Of a stretch of 64,000 bases of DNA, positions 1 to 17,508 are shown piece by piece; position 1 is the stretch's first letter; each line of letters begins with the position of its first letter. Position numbers and translations under genes: made by a program. The stretch is from the human T2T-CHM13v2.0 reference genome, Homo sapiens. Location: contig CP086569.2 in NCBI GenBank assembly GCA_009914755.4, positions 14,592,001 to 14,656,000 of the forward strand, in the 5' to 3' direction. The notes under the pieces were generated by a model. It was not told the origin of the DNA. It saw only the letters and a program-made list of their open reading frames with translations, and did no database searches.

Positions 1-1237
1 AAAAACTGGCTAGCCATATGCAGAAAACAGAAACTGGGCCCCTTCCTTACACTTTACACAGAAATTAACTCAAGATTAATTAAAGACTTAAATGTAAACC
101 TAAAGCCATAAAATCCCTAGAAGAAAATCTAGGCAATAGGCATGGGCAAATATTTCGTGACTGAAACACCAAAAGCAATTGCAACAAAAGCCAAAATCAA
201 GTAATGGGATCTAATTAAGCTGAAGAGCTTCTTATCAGCAAAAGAAAGTATCGTCGGAGTGAACAGGCAACCTAGAGAATGGGAGAAAATTTTTGCAATC
301 TATTCATCTGAGAAAGGTCTAATATCCAGAATCTAAAATGAACTTTAACAAAATTTATAAGAAAATAAACAACTTCATCAAAAAGTGGGCAAAGGAATAT
401 GAACAGATCCTTCTCAAAAGAAGACATTTATGCCACCAACAAACATATGAAAAAAAGTCGTCAATACTGCCATTAGAGAAATGCAAATCAAAACCACAAT
501 GAGATACCATCTTGTGCCAGTTAGAATGGTGATCATTAAAAAGCGTGGAAACAACAGATGGTGGAGAGGATGTGGAGAAATACAAATGCTTTTACACTGT
601 TGGTGGGAGTGTAAATTAGTTCAACCATTGTAGAAAACAGTATGGTGATTCCTGAAGGATGGAGAACCAGAAATACCATTTGACCCTGCAATCTCATTAT
701 AGGGTACATACCCAAAGGATTATAAATCATTCCTCTATAAAGAAACATGCATACATATGTTTATTGCAACACTATTTACAATGGCATAGACTTGGAACCA
801 ACCCAAATGCCCATCAATGATAGACTGGATAAAGAAAATGTGGCATATACACAACCATAGAATACTAGGCAGTCATAAAAAAGAATGAGTTCATGTCCGT
901 TGCAGGGACATGGATGATGATGGAAACCATCATCCTCAGCAAACCCACAGGAACAGAAAACCAAACACCGCATGCTCTTACTCATAAGTGGGAGTTGAAC
1001 AATGAGAACGCATGCACACAGGGAGGGGAATATCACACACTGGGACCTGTTGGAGGGTGGAGGGAAAGAGGAGGGAGAGCATTATGACAAATACTTAAGG
1101 CATGTCAGGCTTAAAACCTAGATGACAGGTTGATAGGTGCAGCAAACCACCATGGCACCTGTATACCTATGTAACAAACTGGCACATTAAGCACATGTAT
1201 TCCAGAATTTAAAGTAAAATAAAATGAAATAAAACAA
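1..1237 (+). mobile_element. L1 (older L1PA/L1PB-like) 3' portion: ORF2 C-terminal region plus 3'UTR, cut by the window edge
   Basis: Collinear with the L1 ORF2 end and 3'UTR (…aatgcaaatcaaaaccacaatgagataccat…ggtgggagtgtaaattagttcaaccattg…). Ends in an A-rich tail at ~1200-1237. Six-frame ORFs at 355-1036 are debris of this element. Confidence 0.8.
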
Positions 1238-1804
1238 AACTCACACTTGTCTTCCTTGTTAAAAATTAACTACAATTCCAGAAAGTGGGTTCCCACTCTC
1301 TATAGTCATGGAAGCAGGAAAACTTTCCTTCCTTCTTGGAAATAAGTAAAACTCCAGAAAAGGAGTTGTACAGGAAAATGAATTTCAGATCTTGACCAAA
1401 TTTTGTGAGATCAGGGATTCTCCAGAGGTGAGGGGTTTTCAGGCCTCAGAAAATTGCCCTACTCATTTGTGCCGTAAGGATAGCTCAAGGTAGTACCAAA
1501 CAGCCATAGAAGGCTTGTCAAATATCAGGGGAGCCTCCACTCGGACAGAATCCCTTTGTGGTTACCAATTGTGAAAACAAAGTATCTGAGACAGATCTCT
1601 ATCAGTTTAGAAAGTTTATTTTGCCCAAGTTAATGACACACCTGTGACATGGCCTTACAACATCCTGATGATATGTGCCCAAGGTGGTTGGGGTAAAGCT
1701 TGCTTTTATGTTTTAGGGAGATATGAGATATCAATCAATATGTGTGGGATATACAGTAGTTTGATCTTGAAAGGTGGGCCAAATTGAAGCAGGGACTTCC
1801 AGTT

Positions 1805-1939
1805 CCTAGGTAGATTTTAAAATTTCTCTCTCTCCCTTTTTTTCCCTTCCTTCCTTCCTCCCTTCCTTCCTTCCTCCCTTCCTTCCTTCCTTCCTTCCTT
1901 CCTTCCTTCCTTCCTTCCTTCCTTCCTTCCTTTTCTTTC

Positions 1940-1994
<55 letters not shown>

Positions 1995-2111
1995 CTCTTT
2001 CTTTCTTTCTTTTTTTCTTTCCTTCTTTCTTTCTCTTTCTTTCTCTCTCTTTCTCTTCTCTTTCTCTTCTCTCTCTCTTCTCTCTCCTCTCTTTTCTCTG
2101 CTCTCTTTTCT

Positions 2112-2149
<38 letters not shown>

Positions 2150-2155
2150 CTAGCA
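1805..2155. repeat. Compound polypyrimidine microsatellite (TTCC)n-(TTTC)n-(CT)n, ~350 bp
   Basis: Read directly: ccttccttcc… then tttctttc… then ctctctct… The tract is uninterrupted and purine/pyrimidine-asymmetric. Confidence 0.95.
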
Positions 2156-2159
2156 ACTC

Positions 2160-2240
2160 GGATTTGCCATGTTGTCCATGCTGGTCTCAAGAAATTCATC
2201 TACCTCACCCTCTCATGAGCCACTGTGCCCAGCTGTTTTC
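2160..2240 (-). mobile_element. Partial Alu (5'-end fragment, minus orientation) adjoining the microsatellite
   Basis: …ggatttgccatgttgtccatgctggtctcaa…gagccactgtgcccagc is the reverse complement of the Alu left-monomer start. Confidence 0.6.
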
Positions 2241-4287
2241 AACATTTTCTGATTGGCAATTGACTCAGAGAGTTACTCTTTAAAGACATCAAATCAATAG
2301 AAAGAAAATATTTGTACTACAATAAGGGATTGTGGAGACCAACATTTTTTCATTCAGATGAGTCCCTAGATAGCAGGCTTCAGAGAGAATAGATTGTAAA
2401 TGTTTCCTATCAGACTTAAGGTCCATGTTGATGATAAATGCTGGTCGGCTTTTCCTGAGTTTCAAAAGGAAGGGGAGGGGTGTATAATGAGGCATGTTTC
2501 TCCCTTCCTTCTCATCATGGCCTGAATTAGAGGTTAGTTTTGGAATGCCCTTGACTGAGAGGAGGAGTCCATTCAGATGACTGGGGGGCTTGGAGTTTTA
2601 ATTTTGAGTTACACAGTTTTAATAAAAGAGAGTACTTTTTCCCACATTTTCATTCTGCAATCTACCCAGAGTTAAGCTAAACTTTATAATTTACTATCAG
2701 TCCTCCAGAAGACTGTGATCACTTCAGATACCAGTCCTTAGTTCAAAGATCCCAAGGGTTGTCTCTGTCTTCTAACCAACTGGCTAAAAATTGGAATGTT
2801 CCCATAACTATGGTGGAGTTCATCAATTTGCTAAAATGACACAGGAACTCAAGACAGTGCAATGCTTACATTTACAGTTTTATTATAGTAAAAGGATAAA
2901 GAGCAGAATTAGCCCAAAGAAGTAATTCACAAGGTGAAGTCTGATAGGGTTCCAGGTGCAACACTTCTGTCATCCTTAGGGATGTGCTATCCTCCCAACA
3001 TGAAAGTGTGCCAATACTCAAGGAGTAATGTCAACCAAGAAGGCTCACCTGAGCTTGGGAGTACCAAGATTTTATTGAGGCCTCACATAGGCATGATTGA
3101 TGAAATCACTGGCCATAGGTTTAAATCTGCAGCTCCCCTTCTCCCCTCCAGAGATTGGGCTTATATCTCACAGCTCAAAGCCCTAACCCTCTAATCAGCC
3201 AGTCCCTATCCTGAGTCATCTCATTAGCATAAACTGTCCAGTGTAAGCCATCTCAGTATTATAAACAATCAGGCCTGGTTCAGGGGGCCCACTAGGAATA
3301 ACAAAGACCCTCCAATCACCTAGGAAATTCCAAGGGTTTAGAAACTACTTCTCAGGAGCTAGAGACAAAGGTCAGCCAAATTCTTCATTACACAAAACCA
3401 AACACAGTGTTCTATCTACAAAAGTAAGGAATTCATGCAAACATAATCATAGAGTGTAAAATATAAAATTCAGACACTAAAATGTCTCATCCTGACTTAA
3501 ACTAATATTGTATCCCTGTCTAGATTAAAAAATAGAAAGATTGATGTCCAATTGTATGTCTAGTCTTTGCAACAAATAATATAAGTAGTAAAAAAAGATA
3601 CACATACACATGCTGGAAAAGCTACTTTCACAAATGAGTAAATTTACATGTTTGTAAGTCAAGCAAATCTGAGAAATCAATTCTTGGATGACAAAAACTA
3701 ACAAAATACACCACCATCACCATCGCTGCAACTACTACAGCAAAAGCAGGTGTGTTATTGTTGGCTTAGCATTAAGAACAATTCCAGTACCAATATATCA
3801 TGTTTTATGGTAAAGGGGCCATGGCACAGAAAGAGTTAAGATCACCTGAATCTCACTGCACCCCTACCCTTCTCCTATCTCCTCATAATCAAACTCTGGG
3901 TAATGAGAAAATGTTTTTTTTTTTTTTTAAATTTTTATTTTCATTTTCCTTCGATTCTTCATTGAAAAGAAATTCATGTAAAATAAAGTTCCACCATTTC
4001 AAAATGGACACTTTAGTGCATTCACAGTATTGTGTAACTACCATTTCTATCTAGTTCAGTTTTTATCACCACCAAAAGGAACTCCAACCTATCAAGCAAT
4101 CACTCTCCTTTCCTCGCTCCTCCAACCCCCTGACAACCACTAATCTAATTTCTGTCTCTCTAGGTTTAATTATTCTTGTAATTTTATGAAAACCGAGTCA
4201 CACAATATGTGGTCTTTTATGTCTGCCTACTTTCACTAGTATAACATGTGTGAGAGTCATACGTGTCATAGGATGTGTTAGAAATTC

Positions 4288-4587
4288 TTTTTTTTGATAT
4301 GGAGTCTAGCTCTGTCACCCAGCTGGAGTGCAGTGGTGCAATATCTCGGCTCATGGCAACCTCCACCTCTCAGGTTCCAATTGTCCGCCTCAGCCTCCCT
4401 AGTAGTGTTCACATGGGATTACAGGCACCCACCACAATGCCCAGCTAATTTTTGTAATTTTACTAGAAACAGGGTTTCACCATGTTGGCCAGGCTGGTCT
4501 TGAACTCCTGAGTGACCTCAGGTAATCCACCCACCTCAAGCCTCCCAAAGTGTTGGGATTACAGATGTGAGCCATCACAACCAGCCA
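4288..4587 (-). mobile_element. Alu (AluS-like), full length
   Basis: Poly(T), then gagtctagctctgtcacccagctggagtgcagtgg … cctcccaaagtgttgggattacagatgtgagccatcacaaccagcc. Confidence 0.9.
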
Positions 4588-4599
4588 GAACATCATTCC

Positions 4600-4830
4600 T
4601 TTTCGTGGCTGAATAATATTCCATAATATAGATATGTTACAACCTATTTGTCCATTCATACATTAATGGACATTTGGGTTATTTCCAGTTTTTGGCTGTT
4701 GTCAATAATGCCACCATGATGAAGTGAACAAGTATATTTGAATAATTGCTTTCAATTATTTTGGGTATGTACTTAAGGGTGAAATCACTGGCATTTTATC
4801 CTTATTCTTTGCAATATTGGTAGAATTGGT
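4600..4830 (-). mobile_element. Ancient L1 (L1M-like) 3'-end fragment
   Basis: ttccttttcgtggctgaataatattccat…ggacatttgggttatttccagtttttggctgttgtcaataatgc resembles the reverse complement of the L1 3' end, but is diverged. Confidence 0.45.
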
Positions 4831-5959
4831 GGAAATTGTGCCTATTATTTCTATGTTAGGTGTAAAGTAAATACAAGGATGAAGTACTATGATGTGACCT
4901 TCTTCCCCTGGCAAGCGTTCTGCAAGTGCAAGCATCAGAGAGAACTAAAAAAGCCATTGGAGATGCTGACACAGGCTCGCTCTGTCACTGGCCTTGGTAC
5001 ATATCAGTAAATTCTGATAAGCAAGTAAGCTAAGCTGTAGACATCCCTCCGACAGGAAAAACTAACCTGAAAGGAAGGAAAAGAAGAGAACTGGTGTATG
5101 CTCCTCTCATAGTCCCTAGAAAAATGCAGTGACTGCTCCAGGATACCAGCTCTGGGGCAACTAGGCTGAGATCCAAGTTTTGTAGAAGGTGAATGGTCTG
5201 GATCATCCTATGCAAACACTCAGACTGATTCACTAGCACTAGCAAGGGGTTAATGTCAAGGAGCCTTGAAAAATTCCAAGAGAGCTGGCCAACTTAGCTG
5301 CAAAATTAGGACAAGACAGTATAAGAACTCCAACAAGGAACCACTGGAGGTGATGTTGAAGAGTTCCTCTCTCGAGGTCAAAGATTTCCTGGGGTTGTTT
5401 GCTATGCACAACTGTGGCCCAGCACCAGGTCAAAAAGATTGGCCCTCAAATAGAAAATCAAAGGAGGAATGAAGAATTCCCCCAATGCTAGCATTAATGC
5501 CACTGCCTCTACTTGGAAACCTTGATGTGAGAACTTTGGTCCAGTATCCCTATCTCCTGCAAGGTAGGCTGGAGTTGGGTAAGAGAACCAAGACCCTATG
5601 GCCTCTTCATTGTGCCAGCCAAATGAAATTGTGTTTAGGCTCCATTGTGACTAAGAAGCCCATTGTTTTGTGCTTTAAAGTTTGGTTTCCTCTGGTTTCC
5701 TAATGAAATTTTTTTTTCTACATTGCCCTCCCTTTCTCAAGTGAAACAAGAGTAACAGGAAGTGCCCTCATCTGGAAAGTATTGGTGGACATGACCTAAG
5801 AGGTCATTATAGGCAAAGGAGGGGACATGTGAGTACTGGCCCATTTTTGGGTCCAGGAAAAAAATAGTAGCATGGAGGCACTCACAGAATGAGAATCTAA
5901 AAGCGGGAGGGCTGGCTTCAGAATTTAGGAGACACAGTGCAAAATGGGGACCATTGTTC

Positions 5960-5977
5960 AAAATTATTAAGAATTTC
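5960..5977. repeat. Target-site duplication (5' copy) of L1PA #1: aaaattattaagaatttc
   Basis: The identical 18-mer recurs at 11959-11976, immediately after the L1 poly(A). Confidence 0.85.
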
Positions 5978-6880
5978 GAGGGAGGAGCCAAGATGGCCGA
6001 ATAGGAACAGCTCCGGTCTACAGCTCCCAGCATGAGAGATGCAGAAGATGGGTGATATCTGCATTTCCATCTGAGGTACCGGGTTCATCTCACTAGGGAG
6101 TGCCAGACAGTGTGCACAGGTCAGTGGGTGCGTGCACCATGCGTGAGCCAAAGCAGGGTGAGGCATTGCCTCATTCGGGAAGCACAAGGGGTCAGGGAGT
6201 TCCCTTTCCTAGTCAAAGAAAGAGGTGACAGACTGCACCTGGAAAATCGGGTCAATCCCATCCAAATACTGTGCTTTTCCGATGAGCTTAAAAAACGGCA
6301 CACCAGGAGATTATATCCCTCACCTGGCTTGGGGGGTCCTATTCCCATGGAGTCTCGCTGATTGCTAGCACAGCAGTCTGAGATCAAACTGCAAGGCGGC
6401 AGTGAGGCTGGGGGAGGGGCGCCCGCCATTGCCCGAGCTTGCTTAAGTAAACAAAGCAGCCTGGAAACTCAAAATGGGTGGAGCCCACCACAGCTCAAGG
6501 AGGCCTGACTGCCTCTGTAGGCTCCACCTCTGGGGGCAGCGCACAGACAAAAAGACAGCAGTAACCTCTGCAGACTTAAATGTCCCTGTCTGACAGCTTT
6601 GAAGGGAGCAGTGGTTCTCCCAGCACGCAGCTGGAGATCTGAGAACAGGCAGACTGCCTCCTCAAGTGGGTCGCTGACCCCTGACCCCTGACCAGCCTAA
6701 CTGGGAGGTAGCCCCCAGCAGAGGCAGACTGACAACTCACATGGCCAGGTACTCCAACAGACCTGCAGCTGAGGGTCTTGTCGGTTAGAAGGAAAACTAA
6801 CAAACAGAAAGGACATCCACACCAAAAACCCATCTGCACATTACCATCATCAAAGATGAAAAGTACATAAAACCACAAAG

Positions 6881-7895
6881 ATGGGGAAAAAACAGAACAG
6901 AAAAACTGGAAACTCTAAAAAGCAGAGCGTCTCTCCTCCTCCAAAGGAACGCAGCTCCTCACCAGCAACGGAACAAAGCTGGAGGGAGAATGACTTTGAC
7001 GAGTTGAGAGAAGAAGGCTTCAGATGATCAAATTACTCTGAGCTATGGGAGGACATTCAAACCAAAGGCAAAGAAGTTGAAAACTTTGAAAAAAATTTAG
7101 AAGAATATATAACTAGAACAACCAATACAGAGAAGTGCTTAAAGGAGCTGATGGAGCTGAAAACCAAGGCTCGAGAACTATGTGAAGAATGCAGAAGCCT
7201 CAGGAGCCGATGTGATCAACTGGAAGAAAGGGTATCAGCGATGGAAGGTGAAATGAATGAAATGAAGAGAGAAGGGAAGTTTAGAGAAAAAAGAATAAAA
7301 AGAAATGAGCAAAGCCTCCAAGCAATATGGGACTCTGTGAAAAGACCAAATCTACGTCTGATTGGTGTACCTGAAAGTGATGGGGAGAATGGAACCAAGT
7401 TGGAAAACACTCTGCAGGATATTATCCAGGAGAACTTCCCCAATCTAGCAAGGCAGGCCAATGTTCAGATTCAGGAAATACAGAGAACGCCGCAAAGATA
7501 CTCCTCGAGAAGAGCAACTCCAAGACACATAATTGTCAGATTCACCAAAGTTGAAATGAAGGAAAAAATGTTAAGGGCAGCCAGAGAGAAAGGTCAGGTT
7601 ACCTCAAAGGGAAGCCCATCAGACTAACAGTGGATATCTCGGCAGAAACTCTACAAGCCAGAAGAGAGTGGGGGCCAATACTCAACATTCTTAAAGAAAA
7701 GAATTGACAACCCAGAACTTCATATCCAGCCAAACTAAGCTTCATAAGTGAAGGAGAAATAAAATACTTTACAGACAAGCAAATGCTGAGAGATGTTGTC
7801 ACCACCAGGCCTGCCCTAAGAGAGCTCCTGAAGGAAGCGCTAAACATGGAAAGGAACAACCAGTACCAGCCACTGCAAAATCATGCCAAAATGTA
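6881..7895 (+). pseudogene. L1 #1 ORF1 (ORF1p) remnant, interrupted by stops
   Basis: atggggaaaaaacagaacagaaaaactgg… has an in-frame tga at ~7024. The six-frame piece at 7151-7627 has ORF1p sequence (…LIGVPESDGENGTKLENTLQDIIQENFPNLARQ…). Confidence 0.85.
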
Positions 7896-7949
7896 AAGAC
7901 CATCAAGACTAGGAAGAAACTGCATCAACTAATGAGCAAAATAACCAGC

Positions 7950-11750
<3,801 letters not shown>

Positions 11751-13722
11751 ATGAGAACACATGGACACAGGAAGGGGAACATCACACTCTGGGGACTGTT
11801 GTTGGGTGGGGGGAGGGGGGAGGGATAGCATTGGGAGATATACCTAATGGTAGATGACGAGTTAGTGGGTGCAACGCACCAGCATGGCACATGTATACAT
11901 ATGTAACTAACCTGCACATTGTGCACATGTACCCTAAAACTTAAAGTATAATAATAATAAAATTATTAAGAATTTCAAAATGATGGCAGCAGAATTTAAG
12001 GCAAGTACCGGGTGCTTCTGAGCATGTGGCCCAGTGCTGCTCCTTGGCTGTGTAACTGTGAAGCCAGTCCAGGATAGGCCAAATCATGAGGGTCAGCCAA
12101 GGAGGCTGATCTTGGCCTATCTGGCTTTTCCCTTCAGATATGAGCCAGTGATCCATTACCTACACTTTGTTTTCCTTACCATAGAGCCATTAACCACCTC
12201 CTGCTGATGATCTTAATACTGTATTTTATATAAAAGCTTTGACACCCACGGAAGAGGCACATTAAAATATGAAAACACTTATTACTTGCTAATGATAATT
12301 CTGCTTCACAATAGAGCAAAAGGTTTGTCATTGGGAGTATGTAATGGCTCCCCTTTAAATATGATATTGAACCTAGTAATTTTTTAAACCACTGTAACAT
12401 GGATGATTTCTTAAAAAAAGACTGAAGGAGTGAGAAGCTCAGGAAAATTACCAGTGTTCCAGATACGCAATTCCCTTTATTTCTTGTGCACTGGCCATGT
12501 AGGAGGAGGCAAAATGAGCAGATTGATTTTCTGTAGTGAAATAATTTGAAAATTGGGGTAGGCAAAATTTTAACGTAGATGAAATAGCCAGACAGCTTAT
12601 TGAGACAGAATATAACTTTACCCTTATCTGGTCTATGGATCAAAGTTTTTCAAAAACATTAGGATTCTAGAGAAGTTTAGTGTTTAAATAAGGCAGCTGC
12701 TGAGCCACCCAGTCTGAGTCCAAATGCTGCTTTTGGCTTTTGTGATGTGTTCTTGGGAAATTTATAATCACTCTAGGATTCCCTCATCTCCAAAATGAAG
12801 AAACTAATGGTGCCACTGTCATAGGACTGTGTGAGGATTTGGGAAATACTATATGGTAAGCTCCCCAGTATATGGAAAACACTGAGAAAGTGCTTGCCGT
12901 TATTACTTCTATGGTTACGACCATGATTTTTATTATCATTATTCTATAACCTGGCCCCTGACAGGTTCCCAGAATTATTTCCTGTCATTATCTCTCATTT
13001 TAGGTAAATGCCTGACAAGCTAAGGTATTCATTGCTCCCTGCATAACTCAAAGATTCTCTGCTCCCATATTGTTCCCTGACTATGTGGAGGCTGAATAAC
13101 CATTTGGAGGGGATGTTATAGAGGAAAATTCAAGCCACAGAAGGAAAACTGGGTTGAAGGAGATCCCCTTCTACATTTCTTTTGGTTCTAACATTTCCAC
13201 TGGATTAATAAAGCAACAGGACAATTAGCAGCATGGCACTCTGCACTCAGCACTGAGTACTCTAGAAGGTATTCTTTCACTCCTCTTTGTTGTTATCCTC
13301 TGCTCGCTTTTCTCACATTTGCATGGGTTGCCTTCTGTACCATCACACTTTGTAAAATTTGGGTCCACTAAAAGTGAGAATCTTGGAGAAAGATGTATTT
13401 CAGTTAAAAGTAAGGCAGATTATGGGTCTCATGAAAGTGCTTGGCAGGTAGATCCGAGAGTTTGGTTTCTAGCAAATTGCTTAACATTTTCCCACCCTCA
13501 GTTTCTTTTAGCAGTAAAAATGAAGATATTGTACCCACTACTATAGGTACTAATTTTAATATAGGCACTAATGTAGGTGGGTACTAATAGAGTGAGAATT
13601 GAATAAGATATTATATAAAAGGGCTTAACTGAGAGTACAAGATATAGCTAATCCACTAAGTATCATTTCTCTTCTTTCTTCTTTTCCCTCTCTATCATTA
13701 ATAGGGGAAACTGGGCTGTGGG

Positions 13723-13724
<2 letters not shown>

Positions 13725-13766
<42 letters not shown>
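13725..13766. repeat. (GT)n microsatellite
   Basis: gtgtgtgt… for ~42 nt. Confidence 0.95.
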
Positions 13767-13767
<1 letters not shown>

Positions 13768-13768
<1 letters not shown>

Positions 13769-13998
13769 CTTTTCCTTGAGACAGGGTCTTCCTCTGTAGC
13801 CTAGGCTGGAGTGCAGCAGCCTGACCACAGCTCACTGTAGCCTCCACCCCTCAAGCTCAAGTGACCAGCCCCTCTCAGCGACCTGAGTGGATGGGACTAC
13901 AGGTCAATGCATCGAGCTCCTGGACTCAAGGACTCCTCTCTCTTCAACCTCCCAAAGTGCTGAGATTACAGGTGTGAGCCAGTACGTCCAGCCTGGGC
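13768..13998 (-). mobile_element. Alu (older, internally shortened)
   Basis: tttccttgagacagggtcttcctctgtagcctaggctggagtgcag…cctcccaaagtgctgagattacaggtgtgagccagtacgtccagcctgggc. Confidence 0.8.
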
Positions 13999-14002
13999 TG
14001 TG

Positions 14003-14307
14003 TCTTTTTGTTTTGTCTTGTTTTTTGAGACAGACTCTCATTGTGTCACCCAGGCTGGTGTATAGTGGCATGATCTTGGCTCACTTCAACCTCTGCCTCC
14101 CAGGTTCAAGCCAATTCTCCTACCTCAGCCTCCCGAGTAGCTGGGATTACACTCATGTGCCACCATGCCTGGCTGATTTTTGTATTTTTAGGAGAGACAG
14201 GGTTTCACATGTTGGCCAGGCTGGTCTCGAACTTCTGACCTCAGGTCATCCATTCACCTTGGCCCCCCAAAATGCTGGGATTACAGGCATGAGCCACCGT
14301 GTGCCTG
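14003..14307 (-). mobile_element. Alu (AluS-like)
   Basis: ttgttttttgagacagactctcattgtgtcacccaggctgg … tgggattacaggcatgagccaccgtgtgcctg. Confidence 0.9.
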
Positions 14308-15534
14308 TCCTTGGGCTATGTCTTTAAGAGGATTTAGATTCCCATCAGTGGAAGGAGGATTCCACTGTGAGGGAGACCAGGATGAGCAGATGGGTACTGC
14401 AGGGGCCACAGGGGAGTCTTGGGTGCAGGCAGGTAGGGCAGATGGTAGGAGCCTTTGAAATCCAGTGAAATCCAGACAAAGAACTCTGGGCTTGACCAAG
14501 CAAGGTTGTTGTTGTTGTTCTTCTGTTTCTCCTCCTCTTTCTTCTCCTTTTCTTCTGGTAAGTTCTCTACAGCAAATTAAATAGGTTAATTTTTAACCTA
14601 TTTAATTTTCATGAACTTAGATTTCAGTAGGCACTGTGGCCAATGAGATGAGGAAGAAGTTCAGGCTAAAGTGTTTTTTATTCAGCTTACATTGGAGAGC
14701 CCTCAGTCCGGAGTGCACCACGCAACCTGGAGTTACTAAGGGCCTTTTGCACTATCTCTGCCTGTCTTCCAAATTGGGATTGAAAACTCCTCTCTTAATG
14801 GTGATTGTGCTCAGCATATTCTAACTGACTTATACGTGTTATTTTCCTTGGGACAAGAATTTTCTCTAAAATCTAGAATAGTAATACTAAATGGATTTAA
14901 TTATCTGCAGAAGAAAATAAGCTGATTAGAGTCTAAAGTAGCTCCGTCACTTAAGAAAGTCAATTTAATGAAGTGTGAGAACTGTTCATTGAGCAACTAC
15001 TATCCTCCAGACATTGTGGAAAGCAAAACAGCCTCCTCTTCTTACAGTGTTCCTGGTGATTCTCAGGCACAGAATAGGGAAATAAACGTGAGAACTTTTA
15101 TGTGCCCTTTAGTATATATAACGGGGTTATCTCAGTACTTTGTTATAGAAAGCCATAACTCATAACTCTGTTACCTACATAAGGGTTCTTTAGGCCTCAG
15201 TTTTGTCATCTATAAACCTCTCTTTATGGAGAGGCAGTAGAAATGAAATGAAAAAAATTGTAAAACTCACAAAACTTGACTTTTAGAAGGTGTCAACCAA
15301 TAGGAACTCGTATATTTTATTCACTGTAAAACTAACAAAAGACCTGATTTTTACTGGTACTTTATAAGACAAATCATAATATCAAGACATCTAAAATGTT
15401 TAATTTATTCTAAACAGTAAAACAGTTACTTTATTATTTTGTCCCCAACCTTCCATCCTAATAATACTAACAGTGCAATGAGCTTACTAATTGTCATGCA
15501 CTCCAGAGCATTTAATCCTCCCAATCTGTGAGGT

Positions 15535-15620
15535 CGGTACTGCAATGAACCCATTTTATAGATGAGAAAACTCTAGCACAAAAAGATTCATTCACATGGC
15601 CAGTCATGTAACTTTTAAAA
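15535..15620 (-). mobile_element. MIR fragment (core region)
   Basis: aacccattttatagatgagaaaactctagcacaaaaagattcattcacatggccagtcat resembles the reverse complement of the MIR core …ccccattttacagatgaggaaactgaggcacagagaggttaagt…. Confidence 0.35.
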
Positions 15621-17508
15621 ATATTCCTTTGGTTTGCACTTCCTTGTATCTGAACAACCCTTCCCTTTCCATTCTCTGTAGGTTTCCTGACCAGTTGGCA
15701 GGTCAAGCCCAATCAAGGGAACTCTTTTCTTTTAAGCAGGTCACCTCTCTCTCTTCTCTTTGTTCCCACCTGCCTATCGGTGTCTCCGCACAGTGGAAAG
15801 CTGCTTGCTACCGCACTGGAAAACTTCTCCAGACGTTTCCAAGTTTGCATTCGACCGTCTCCTTTAGGGAATTGATTCAGTGAGGCCTAACCCTTTCTGA
15901 GAAAAGCCTTTGGGAGAAGAGGCCACAAGAAGGTAGTGGCACTCCTTTGTCATCAGGAGACATGGGGAGGAAATAAATGACTTTCTACAGCAGCTGGGTG
16001 AGGGGAAATGGAATCGCAGAATCTGCGGGAACGGTGTAGGTACAACGGCAGCTGCAGGCTGAACGGGCGAAAAGCCACCCTGCAAGATCTTTTCTGTTTC
16101 AACGATGAAGTGGACTCCCAACATGGAACAGGGAAGGGGGACTGTTACCAGACAGGTGACATTCGGTGCACGCACGAACAGGTCCTGTGCCCCATTCGGA
16201 GGGCAAGAAGGCAGCCACCCAGCAGAACATTACCTAGGGAACCAGATGGCACCTGCCTCTGCTCATCCCCACCTTCTTCCTCCCTAGGAAAAAGGAAGTC
16301 AAGCAATTGAAGAAACGGGGAAGTCTGTGACTCTAATCCCCAGCGACACAAAAACCTGTGCCATCAAAATAATTAGCAACGGATTTCTAAAAAACATTTG
16401 CTCAGGTTACAGAAAAAAAGAAATATTTTACACACTGCCTTGTCTCAGAAATAATCACAGTTAGGCCTCTTTGTAACCGGCGGGTCTTCCTTTCACACGC
16501 CATTTGCAGGCGCAGGACATGGTATTTGTAACTAATTTCCATTAGCAAGTGGGTCACTGGAATTCACAGTCAGGTGTCATTTTGAAAAGTGCTTCCCTCT
16601 ACCCAAATCTTTTATATTTCCAGATGCAGTTGCACTTCGGAGATGTCCTAGTGCTGGAAGCACTCCCTTAAAAATATAGTTTGATTTTTGAATTTTATCT
16701 TATGATGTTAGAGGTAATGGGACTATAGTCTTTGGAATTCAACACAGTCCTTCTTAGCAATCACTCTGACAATTTATGAATATAAAAAACAAGAAGGAAA
16801 AGAATTTCCTCATTGTCAGGCAGTAAGTCAATGGCAGAGCTTCAAATTGACTTATTTTGCTAAGAGGGAGCTATAAACTCCAGACAAATTACTCTACACC
16901 CAGAGTGTAGAGTACAATATTACCCTACACTCAATATTACTGTTGAGTGCCTACAAAAATTATGCTAATGAAACAATATGGATGTTACAAGGCTGAAAGT
17001 TTCTCTTTTAAAATCACTGAGGGTTGCTTTACCTTCTGCCAAAGGCAAGAGGAACGCCAGTGAGGAAGAGGTCCGGGGTGGGGCGCATAGGCCTCCACTG
17101 GTCTGAAAGCTGAGTCACAGGAATGATATCCCTGTAGCTGACCAGGCACTCCAGGGAGGGACACCGCGCCTTTGCGTGCGTATGTCCTCAGTAGGTAAAG
17201 CCAGTTTCTCAGTAAAACAATGCCTGTTACCCTAGGTATTACTCCGACCCTTAAATAATATGCACCAGTCCGCAAGAGCAATTTTTACGCTCCTGTTGTA
17301 AAAGGGGAAAATGCGTTTTGAAGGAAGTGTTGGAAGGTGCTTTGCTCATTTTATCTTTCGCCATCGTTGTGGTTAGGGGGCAATGGTGCACCTAGGGTGG
17401 CGTTGGGGCTCCCCAACCGCCCGGCAGCTTTCAGACGCCCTTCCGAGACGTGGAGCGAAAGACTTAAGCGGGCCTGTGGGTGACATCAACTCATTTACAT
17501 AGGAGGGC

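Noticed and set aside
1735-2199. Long minus-strand ORFs (154 aa and 116 aa) encoding ERK/EREK-rich low-complexity 'proteins'
   Set aside because: They are simply the translation of the (GGAA)n/(GAAA)n/(GA)n microsatellite on the purine strand. There is no start context, no complexity and no plausible gene.
12176-12643. 155-aa minus-strand ORF in unique sequence
   Set aside because: It is AT-rich, has no splice or initiation context, and lacks any recognisable domain. This is expected by chance in a 64-kb low-GC sequence.
15864-16351. Cluster of 60-103-aa ORFs on both strands upstream of the thymosin promoter
   Set aside because: The region is moderately GC-rich, so stop codons are sparse. 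There are no splice signals, no homology I recognise and no consistent frame, so I treated it as non-coding promoter-distal sequence.
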